Shown here piece by piece: positions 24,451 to 35,055 of a stretch of 64,000 nt of DNA (its first letter is position 1; every line of letters begins with the position of its first letter). The position numbers and the translations under genes were made by a program. The notes below the pieces were generated by a model, which ran no database searches, was not told where the DNA came from, and saw nothing but the letters and a program-made list of their open reading frames with translations. This DNA is from Lama glama (taxonomy: Eukaryota): positions 24,988,001 through 25,052,000 of the forward strand of contig CM052817.1 of assembly GCA_028534125.1 (NCBI GenBank), given 5' to 3'.

Positions 24451-26629
24451 TAGAAGAGTGATCGTGGTCAATCCAGCCCAGACCGTCTGTTCCCAGGTTA
24501 GGACACCTGTGCTCTCTCCGCTGCTGTAGTGACCCGAGGAGTCACCCACATGTGTCAAAACTCAGAGAAGTCTAGGTCTTCAATGACATTTTTTTGAGAG
24601 GATTTGTGCTGCCTGGAGAAGCAAAGAGTCAGTCTGCTGGGGAAAATGCAGTGATAAAAAATATACGGTAATAGGGATGAAGAAAAACTTGACAGTGTGC
24701 CAAATGAAACCAAACATGGTGTCTGCCTTTCTCCTGCCGTTTTGTTTTCCACGGAAGCTTTGTGGGGGCAGCAGGGCATAGAGAATGCGCAGGTATTTGT
24801 TTTCTTAGCTGTGGGCTCTGATCTAATTGTCAGACCTGCAAAAAATGCTGAAAATCAACTTCTGATTAGATTTTTGGGAGTAGAACTACTCCACAGTTTT
24901 TCCTCGTGTTTCATGCAAAAGATAATTCTTTGTTGTTAAGAAATCTTTTTTTTTTTAGGTAACTCCCATCTATGGAATGGGGGGGGTTCCTTTTACTTAC
25001 CTCTGTGCCAAGGAACAATTTTAGTCTTGGTCCAATGCCTTTAATTTAAGCATTTCTGATTACATTGTGCCTTTACCGATTTCACCAACAATAGAAGCAT
25101 TCAGACTGTGTATTGTTAAAAAAAAAAAAAAAGAAGAAAAACCCACCTAATATAGGTAAGACTTATTGATTTGAAACCCATTGTATAAGTAAACAGCCTA
25201 GTGAAACTGAAGTTCAGAGGGTTTTTGTGTTGTGAGTATACCTCTGTCAATATGCATGATTTATGATCCAGTTAAGTCATTTGGATTAGATATTAGATGT
25301 AAATAGTAATGGCAAAACCAAGGAATGTAATCTGAATCTTCATGATGACTTTTATATTATTATTGTAACTGTTGTACGACTGTGATTTATTTGCATTGTT
25401 CATAGCGAGGTTTTCAAGAATTTAATTACCATTAGGAAATTTTAATGGATGATGTAAGCAGAATAAGTACAGGCAGAACTTTACTGGAACTTGTAAGCAT
25501 CGCGGTGACATCGTATGACCCTTTGTTTTGATCCCTGGTTCATGTTGGTTCACTGTGTCCCAGTCACATGGGGAGACTTACAATGTGGGCTACACCGGCC
25601 CCTCTGCTCTCACTGTGTCAGGTGGGTGAGGGCGGCCTGGGCATGGCTTCTCTTTTTAAACCCACTCAGAGCATTCTGATTGTGGCTCTGATTGAGACCG
25701 CTGATGTAGATGCCAGGGCGCCCTGAGACACAGTCACCGCTTGGTGGCAGTGTTGCTCCCAGTGTCTTGTCGGCCTTTTTCTAATTCCAGAAGAGTGTAC
25801 TTTTTCTTCCCCCCATGTTTTTGTTTTCGGTCTTGTTTTTGTTACAGTATGTATCTTCTTTCCTCATTTGCTGTGGAGAGCTGCCTTCTGAAATTGAGAT
25901 ATTTTTCTTTCTTTTTGTACAAGGTTTTAGGGAGTGGACAAAATAAGAAAGAAAAAAATAGTTTCCAATTGCCAGAGACATACGGCTTTTTCAGATTGTT
26001 CTTAACTTATAATTTTGCTTTTCTGTGGTCAGTAAGGACCAGGTTCAAGATAAAATATTGCAAGCCAGGGATGGATTGTTCATGGATTTTAATAGTTTGA
26101 AGCTGCTAGATTTTTCCCCTTGATTGTGCTTCTTGGCACATCATCACAGATGTTGGAGAAGCCACAGTGAATGGCAAGACTCCACCTCAGTTTGCCGTTT
26201 TCGTGCCTGATAACAGTTGTAAGTTAGCGTTGATTGAGCCTTTCTTTCCTAGTTTACCACTGGCATTTAAACAGTCAGTCCTTATGCTTCATGCAAAGGC
26301 TGGGGCTGAGGGTTGATGATGACACAGAGACATCATCTCAACCTCTGCTGCTTGAGGGCTTGGACCCTGGAGGTCCCGGAGTGGGAGGGCCTGGGTGTGA
26401 TCCCTGCTTACAGCACCCAGCTGGCAGGGAGTTCCTCCTTAGGGCTCCTCTCACTCCAGAGCCTGTTCCTGGGGCCATAGGATTAAAGTCCAAAGTGGAA
26501 GATCTTAATTTATCACCTTTGAATTTTAATGTGTAGGCACTAGGGAGCCACTGAAGTGTGTAAAACAAGGAAATGGTTCGTAGTTTGGAGCTATTCTCAG
26601 GAGGATAGAAACTGTAGACATACCTGAAC

Positions 26630-26800
26630 ATGAAGTAGAACCAGGGCGAGGCAAGCAGCCCTGAATGCAAAGTTTAAAGAGGCACTTGCTTTTAGGGCCC
26701 TGCAGGTATGGACCCGGCACTTACATGGCCCTGAGAATGAGTGGCTCCTTACATTTTGCATCCTAGGTGGTGGCTTGCCTCACCCTCCTCCTGGTTGTGC
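26630..26800. mobile_element. MER96-like palindromic hAT MITE
   Basis: Inverted arms agggcgaggcaagc (26643-26656) and gcttgcctcaccct (26773-26786) pair 13/14; inner arms atgcaaagtttaaagaggcact / agtggctccttacattttgcat are also largely complementary. Confidence 0.75.
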
Positions 26801-26879
26801 ACGGCCACCCTGCAGCCTGGACAGCACTGCTAGGGAGCTTCAGTTGGCTCTGAGGAGCTGTCCATGGCAGGAAGCTTTT

Positions 26880-27385
26880 GTTTTGTTTGAAAAAACAGCT
26901 TTATTGAGTAATAATTCACATATTATGCAATTCACCCATTTGAAGTATACAGTGTATTTTTCTGTATTTAAAGGGTTGTGGAACCATCACCACAATCTAA
27001 TTTTAAAATATTTTTCCCCCCAGAAAGAAACCCATAGCTGTCACTTCCCCCAAACCTCCCTCCCCCTCCCCCTCCCCCTAAACAACCACTAATCATCTTT
27101 CTTTCTCTATAGATCTGCCCGTTCTGGACATTTTATATAAAGGGAATCAAGTGATATGTGCTTCTGTGTGTGTGGCTTCTTTCACGGAGCATCATGGTTT
27201 CAAGGTTCATGGTGTCATAGCCTGTGTCAGTGCTCCGTTCCTTTCTATGGTCAGTTAATGGTCCATTGCGTGGACAGACCTCAAATGCAGTCGACGGACG
27301 TTTGGGTGGTTGTCACTACCTCTTGGCCATTATGAATAGCGCTGCTGCAAGCCTTCCTGTGCATGCTATGTGTGGTTGTGTGCTC
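26880..27385 (-). mobile_element. L1M (L1MB-like) 3'UTR fragment
   Basis: acagctttattgagtaataattcacatattatgcaattcacccatttgaagtatacag is an L1MB-type terminus. Confidence 0.8.
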
Positions 27386-27666
27386 AGAAGGGGTTTTAAG
27401 GGGGAGTGTGGAACCTCCTCTGGGGGGCTCTGAGTTGTCACCCGTGATTCTGACCACGGGCGTGATTAGGCCGGGGGTGGGGGGTGAGCTTCTCTGCTGG
27501 TTGGCCTTGTTTGCTTTCCTTCTGCTGCAGGCTGAGGGGAAGGGTGCGGGGGACCCTGGTGTTGCCCGAGAAGTGCCTGGGAAGACGTGGGGTGGGGGAG
27601 CCCCCTTTCTGGGAGGCAGCCACGGGGCCACGGGTCAGTGGCAGTGGCCCGGGGCTACATTTCTTT

Positions 27667-27850
27667 CAGCTGTTCTCAAACTGCATGCCTAGAATCCCTT
27701 GGAGAACTTGTGGAAATACAGGTTGCTCATCCTCATCCCTAAAAGTTCTCATTCTGGAGATGGAATTCTTCATAGAGCCTGAGAATTTGCAATTCTTAGG
27801 CGTTTCCAGGTGAAGCTGCCTTTGCAGATTTGGGGACCACACTTTGAAGT
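27667..27850. mobile_element. MER5A-like MITE
   Basis: cagctgttctcaaact...gagaatttgcaattctt...ggggaccacactttga. Confidence 0.65.
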
Positions 27851-30185
27851 CCTTTGAATATCTCAGGCTGCAGCAGCTGATGGGCAAGAGTACATCCTAT
27901 TCTGATTTAAACTTCAGCCCCCAAACTCCTGAGTGATTGTTCGTGAAATAAACAGATTGAAAATTAGGAATGTGTTCTATGGCAGATTATGAAATGGCCA
28001 ACAAATCCTATTTTCTTTGCAGTAAAACTAACCGAATATTAGTAATAGCTGTCGCAATCGTCCCTACCGCGTATTGAGCACTTGCACCCAGCTAGGTGAT
28101 AATTCTCTCCTCGACCCCATGCCGTGGGGACTGCCCGCGCTCCTCCCGCGGCACTCAGTTCACACAGCTCCGGTTCACATCAGGTCGGTTCTGCTCTAAG
28201 TCCGGTCTCTTAATCACAGTAATGAGCTGTTGGCAGTTTTAGGAATAAATCATCAGGAGTTTTGACTCGTTTAAGTTTGTGTCTGTGTGGTGATAAGCTG
28301 CGTTAGAGTGAAAGATCAGTTCTTATGTTGGAAGTATTCTAGAATTAAACATTATTTTTCTTGCTAATACAGCACACATTTTGGGCATTATTTATTGGTG
28401 ATTTTAATTTTTTAGAAGCAGAATTAGAATCCTCCTAGTTGAATGGTTTCTGTTCGTTTCTTTTGCTTAAATGAAAAAATGTCCTGTCTCTCCTGGAGGG
28501 GGCGAAGTCGGGCATTCCCGCTGGATGCCAGCCGGCGGCCCCAGAATGACAGCTGCAGGCTCACTCAGCGAGCTCTTGGTTTTGTAAAGTCCTGAGATCA
28601 AGCCAAGGGATGCATTAAACTGGTTTTTAAAATGAATTTTTTTCTAAGTAAAGTTGTTTTATCACTTTCATATAAATGAAAATATTTGCAGAATGACTAC
28701 TAATAAGATTTTAAGCATCATTTACCAAAGTAGGAACACCGTAATTATGATCTTATATAATTTTGCATTTTATACTTGAGAGACTAATGAGTTTTCTACA
28801 CAAAGTTCAAGTGTTGAGCTTCATTTCCTATCCAGGTGTGTTAGCTTGAGAACTTTCGATTAAGGACAGGTCTAATGATGAGAGGTTATATCTCCACCTG
28901 TGTGATTCCATTTTTGAAATTGTTTTTTGCAGAAGCATCTTTACCCAACAGTTACCAAGGGGAAGTTTTTCTTTTTCCTGCCAAGGGTTGTGCTGGGGGT
29001 GGGGTATAGAAACAGTTGGCTTTTTCATCCCTACAAGGCTTGAACTTGTGGGGCTTAGATTAGAGGCCATAGGCTGGGATACCTGCCTTGACAAAGGGGT
29101 ATTCTTGTCTCTCTCTGCAAAACGGCTGGTGTGGTTTGAGTTCCCTTGTCCCTTAGAGGATTCTCCCATTGATTCAATGCACCACATGCTGGAAGTTTTC
29201 TTCCACTGTTCCTGCCGCTGAGGTCTCAGCCACACTTGGTACGTGCCCTGGCGTGGAGCAGGCTACGTACCCTTAGACCAGATGCTCTGCCAGCACACAG
29301 CGAAGTTGCAGGTTTTCCTCTCCCTTGCCCAAGTTCCTTTGCTCCCCCAGTTCCACCTTCCTCAGCCCCTCACTTCCAGGTACCAAATTTGACATCATCT
29401 AGAGATTTGTATCTGTCTGACTGTACTAGAAATCCTGCTGGCTGATGCAATCAGAGAGGGATTAATCTTTCTCACGGACAAGAAGTCCGGAGGATGACAG
29501 GGCAGGGCTGTTCTCTGATGCATGACGTTCCCAGGGAGCGGAGGTGCTTCCTACTTTTCCTGTTTCTTCCTCTTGAATGCCTCCTAGTCACAGCATAGCT
29601 GTACCACCTCCAGCTTCCCCACCAGCTCCGAGCAGAATGAAGGAGGAAGCAACAAGGGGGAAAGGGTGACCCCTCTATACCGAGAGAGCAAACTTTTGCA
29701 GAAGCCTGTGGTCCAGTTCTGCGTGTGTCTTGATGTCTGGAACTCCGGCATCTGGTCACTCTTTGCTACAGGGCGGCTGAGCTACGATGATATTTGGCTG
29801 AGCGCGGGGCCACTGTGTAGGATGCACGCGGTTGCGAGGATGAAGGGGAAGCGTGTGAGGGCTGGGAACCTGGGTGTGGGCTGGGCACCCGGGGCCACGG
29901 ACTTGCCCCGGCCGTGTCCCTCCACTCCAGCTGTGCTGTGTGTCTTCTTGCAGCCGGGATTTTGCATAGATGCCTTCCTTTGCCCAGAAAGCTCCTCGTG
30001 CTACTTCTCTCCCCTCTTCACCCAGCCCTCCACTCTTGAGCACCTCAGACTTCTCATGTCGCCGTTTCTTCTTTTCTCGGGTATGGTCCGCTTCTCTACC
30101 CCTGATGCTCCTTAGGGTTTCTGTCTGTCCCTCTTAGAGAGCGGCTTGCTTTGTCTCGCCGTTGTTTTCCCCGAGCTTTAGATCT

Positions 30186-30320
30186 GGGCTGTCCAGTACA
30201 GTGGCCACTAGCTCCACACAGCTGATTAAACACAAATGGAAAAGTTCCGGAGCAGAGCCTCATTTCAGCTGTTCGAGAACCACGTGTGGCTGGTGGCTGC
30301 GGCATTGGAGAGCACGGCCC
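30186..30320. mobile_element. MER3-like hAT-Charlie MITE
   Basis: gggctgtccagtacagtggccactagc...cacgtgtggctggtggctgcggcattggagagcac, with inverted termini. Confidence 0.6.
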
Positions 30321-32708
30321 TGGGACGTTCCCCTCCTTTAAATTCTCCCGAACATGCTGCTCTTGGCAGTGACCTCTTCGGGATCTCCCTTCCACTGGCT
30401 CCTCTGAACCACAAGAGGTGCACCTGCTGTGTTCCCTGCTAACTGAAGTATTGACCTTGGGCAGAGGCAAGATACTCGACAGCCCACATGGCTTCCAGAA
30501 TGATCCTTACTGGATATGTAGGAGAGTCCATTGCTTTCAAGGAATCCAAGGAAGTGGGAACTTTGAAAAGTGTCTGTTCCAAATTCCTTGTTTTATAGAT
30601 GAAGAAATGGGCTCAGTGAGGGAAAGGGACCCACTTAAGGTAAAACAGGCAGTCAGTGGTAGAACGGACTAGAATCATGGTTCTCTTTCCATTAAACCAG
30701 GCCTGATTATCACCAGCCTATTTGTTTTCCCTGATTCTGTTCTCTTCTTGCTTATTCAGTTTCCAGCTTCTTGAGAGGAAGTTGTTTGGAGCTCTTAGCT
30801 GTCCTTGAATGCCTACTACTTATAGGCAGTGCTGAGAACGCTCAGGAAACAGATGAGTGTAAGCCTGTCTTAGTGATCATTTAGTTGCAAAAATCAGAAG
30901 ATGACTTAAGTGAGCTTAATCAGTAGGAGGCTTGCAAAAATCAAGATAAGCACAAGGGCCAGGAACTAGGTTGTCAGGAACCAAGGAAGTCTCTCTGATT
31001 CCATCCTCTTTGGGGTCATGTAATTTTTCCTCCTTTTTACTTCTGGCCTCTTTTTCATTCTACATGCTAGCTTTCCCAGCTTGCTTCCCACTGTATACAG
31101 TTAGCCAGCTCCCTAATCTGTATGGCCTCTTAGCTCCAGAGGCATCCAATTACCGGGTACCAATCCAGATACTGGGGAGCTGACTGGCCCAACTCATTGT
31201 AGCTCACCGTGGGAGGGCTGGGAGAACCGTGGTACCAGCGTGGCAGTGGGATCCACTCAAGATACCATCTGGGCTGTGGGGAGGAGAGGAGCAGGGCCAC
31301 TGCTGGGAGGAGGGAGCTCTGCCTCCGGCCACCACACGGCAGTGTCTTCTTGTTAATTACGCTACTTACCAACCAAAGGCAGAACCAGAACAGTGGAAGT
31401 CACCAGGGCTCACTAGCTTTTTAACAATTCATGTTTATCCCAGAGTAGGTGAAATTATGTGGGTAAATGTATAAACTTATTACCAGAAGTACTTGGGGAG
31501 AAGTTGAGTGACCTTCCGTCAAAGATTGCTCTGCCGGGAATGAATTTTGATTGATATGTTTACACAGAAATAAAAATGGGATTCTTAGAGCAAATAGTTG
31601 TCACGGGGCTCAGCAGCCAGAGGGGGTGAAGGTCCCTGGAGGAGGAAAGGCTGGCGAGCCGTGGTGGGGCTCAGCGTGGACCTTAGACACACGCGTGTGC
31701 GGTGAGCCCTCTCACACACCTGCTCCCGCTGTGGTCTCGCCCAGCCGCTGCAGGCACTGAGGGCCCATTTTCAAAGCTCTGTCTCAGCTCCTGCGGCAGG
31801 GACACTGTCTAGTTATGGCTCTGTGACCTGGCACAGGGTTTGGTTCAGAGATGGTGCTTGGTTTCTGTTGGATACGGGGATATATGGTTTTGGAATATTA
31901 ACCAAATATGGGTATTATTAACTACTCAGATTATACTTTGGGGGAAAAAAAGCATATTCATGGAAAAAATACAAAGAAAACATACATTCTGCAGAAGTTT
32001 CGAGACGTTGTAGACGTTTCCCCTTTTCTCTTTTTCAGTTTTATCATGTAGTAATATTTTGAAGTGGGGAAAATTCATTTTTAATTAAGAAACATTTGAA
32101 ATATATTTGGTCATGTGGAGGATTAAAATGGAAGCACATTTCTGTCACAAATCGTGATGGTAGCAAGTATTCAGATTTATTGGAAATGGACCTAGTTATA
32201 AAGATCACTTCTTTTGTGGGCCTGAACTACAGATGATCATTTGGCAATCTCCTCCCCCCTTTCTTCTAAGAAATGATTAAACTTGGCATGACCAATAATT
32301 TGAGCTGAGAAAATGACAGCCTTCATTTGCAGAAATCAAGCCTAAAAGTTAGAGATACATGGCCTTCATTTGAAGGGTTTTTCTTCTTCTTGGCCCTCCC
32401 ACCACTGCTGTTCCTTGTCTCATCAGAAGCCTTTGTTCCCAAGGGCCACTTGCTGCCTGCTCACACACCCCGAGAAAGAGCCCCAGGTGTCCCAAAGCAC
32501 TTTGTTGCTTAATGCTTATTGAGATTCCAAATTTCTATGGTTCTAGAAGAAATAAAATTTCAGGATGTTATGTTCATAGTTTCAGAATTGATTTTTTTTT
32601 AAGTTAAATGAAGAAGTATAAAAGCCCATGGAACCTTTTTCTCTATTTCTGGTAGCTTGAAAGATATGTTCCATCTTCTCTGACTGCTCCTTCCGTACAG
32701 CTAAACAC

Positions 32709-32828
32709 CCCCCCCTTTTTTTTTAAGTATAGTCAGTTATGATATGTCAACCTCTGGTGTACAGCATAATGTTCTAGTCATGCATATATATATGTGTGTG
32801 TGTTGTGTATTTGTTTTCATATTTTTCA
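32709..32828 (-). mobile_element. Short 5'-truncated young-looking L1 3' end
   Basis: Poly-T then aagtatagtcagtt...tctggtgtacagcataatgttctagtcatgcatatata; TSD taaacac at 32702-32708 and 32829-32835. Confidence 0.65.
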
Positions 32829-34169
32829 TAAACACTTTTTTAAAAAAATTGTAATTGATAGGTTAGTACAAATCAGTGTGTTCTGTTTCTAAAACAACAT
32901 AGTTTGTTAAAGTTCAAGCTCTGTGCTTGAAGTCATTTTAAGGTTCCTGATAATACGGTTTTTTTCTTTTTGAAGAATTAATGTCAGTGATGTGAAAAAA
33001 AGCAAACATACCATAGTGTCTGTCATGACCAGGGTCATCCCCTCGCCCAGATGCCTCAGTGGAGGCTTTGGCTTTTTGCCTTTGGTCGCTCGTATTACTG
33101 TCAACTCCAGTCCTCTGCCACAGTCCCTGGCTGTCCTGCTCTCAGCCTCCCATGGCTCCTTTGGTTGTGATCTGTAACCATCCTACCAGCTGTGGGTCAG
33201 AAATGGTTTCAGTATCATTCTTTTGCTCCCCCATTCTTTCTGGAGTGGTATAGTTCTGTCTCCATCATCTGTGGCATGTGTGTCTGCACTGGTTTTTGTC
33301 CGAGACTAGACTCCTGGCTGGTAGGATAAAAGGGCTCTTTTGTTCACTTAAATACTTCTCTTTAATACTCCTCTTATGGTATCCTGAGTCTGTGGAGCTC
33401 AGTAGGGTCTCCTTGATATTGTTGGTAGCTTAGATTCTTTGGAGCTTTTCATGTTAGAAAGAAAAGGGATGCTGAATCCAATGCCTCATTTTACACGTGA
33501 GAAGACTGGGGCTCAAAGATCATAATACCCACAGGAGTTGTCCTCTGCATTGTATTCAGGAATAGTGTCCCAGGGCAGCACCCCGGGTTGGCTAACCACA
33601 GAGCATCCTGGTTAGACCCCTGGAGGCGGGTGGGTCTGGGCTGTGGGGTGCTGTGTTGCTTCCCACCTCTAGGTCTTCAGCCTGCTACCTCACCCTATTC
33701 TTCCATTGTAAGAGGGGTGAGCTGTAACTGTCTCCTTCCAGGAGAGGCAGTATTGCATAATGTGTGGGAGCTTGGGCCTAAATGAGGCAAAAGTGCATGC
33801 CCTCAGAAACCCTCCCTGGCTCTGGGAGAGACACACGTCCGTGTGGGAGAGACACAGGGCTTGGGAATGTTCTGATTTCATGTTTTGAATTTTAGTGACC
33901 TTTGGGAGGATATCCTGGACTCTCAGATCTTCATTTATAGCAAGACTCCTTCCTTATGCACCCGCCTTTTCTGAGTTTGCCAGAGTTTTAAAAATGGGCT
34001 CTGTGGTCCTTTGTTTTCTTGGGGTGTCATGAGGCAGCATAAAGTGAAACTAGCCGATGATGCCTATTGTGATGAATGGCCGCTTGCGGGGGAAAAGGTC
34101 ATGTGTCATTTCAGAGAGAAGAGACTGGAGGCTCAGTGTAGCATCCTGGTTAGGACTGTGGATTTTTGA

Positions 34170-35055
34170 AAATTTTTTATTTTTGTGTTAAAAAAAAAGT
34201 AACATAAAATTTACCATCTTAACCATTTTTAAATGTGGAGTTCAATAGTGTTAAGTGTGTTCACACTGTTGTGTAATGAGTCTGCTGAACTTTGCAATCT
34301 TGCAAACCCCAAATTCTATACCCATTAAACAGTAATTCTCCATCCCCTTTCTCACCCTGCAGCACCTGCCAACAACCATTCTACTTTCTGTCTCTGGGAG
34401 TTTGACTCTTTAGTTACCTCATTTAAGTGGACTAGTACAGTATTTGTCCTCCTGTGACTGGCATATTTCACTTAGCATAGTGTCCTCCAGGTTCATCCAT
34501 GTTATAGCAAATGACAGGATTTCTTTCCTTTTTAAGGCTGAACAATATTCCACCATATATAGTACATTTAGTTTAACCATTCATCTTTTGATAGCTGTTT
34601 AGGTTGTTTCTGTCTCCTGGCTGTTGTGAATAATGATGCAGTGAACATGAGTGTGCAAATATCTTTCCAAGACCCTGCTTTCAATTCTTTTGCATATGTA
34701 CTTAGAAATGGAATTACTGGATCATATGGTGGTTCTGTTTTTGACTTTTTTGAGGAAGTGCCATACTGTTTTCCATAGCAGATGCACCGTTTTACATTCC
34801 TGCCAGTGGTGCACCAGGAGTTCCAGTTTCTCCACGTCCTCACCAACACTTGTGTTTTGTGTTTCCCTGAAGTGGAAGTCCTAATGGGTGCTAAGTGATA
34901 CCTCCTTGTGGTTTTGATTTGCGTTTCTCTAATGATTAGTGATGTTGAGCATCTTTTCATTTGCTTTTTGGCTTTTTGTATATCATGTCTGGAGAAATGT
35001 CTATTCAATTCCTTTACCCATTTTAATATCAAGTTGTTTGGTTTTGTTTTTGTTG
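34170..35055 (-). mobile_element. L1M (L1MA/MB-like) 3' fragment with ORF2 C-terminal remnant, apparently inserted in a MIR
   Basis: ORF 34568..35032(-) [44 protein letters not shown] is the L1 ORF2p C-terminus; 3'UTR motif aacataaaatttaccatcttaaccatttttaa. Confidence 0.9.

Noticed and set aside
24995..25002. Perfect antisense donor (acttacct = AGGTAAGT on the minus strand), suggesting an antisense transcript
   Set aside because: An 8-mer is expected about once per strand in 64 kb, and I could not build a coherent antisense exon chain.
34568..35032. 154-aa minus-strand ORF as an independent gene
   Set aside because: It is a degenerate LINE-1 ORF2p C-terminal remnant.
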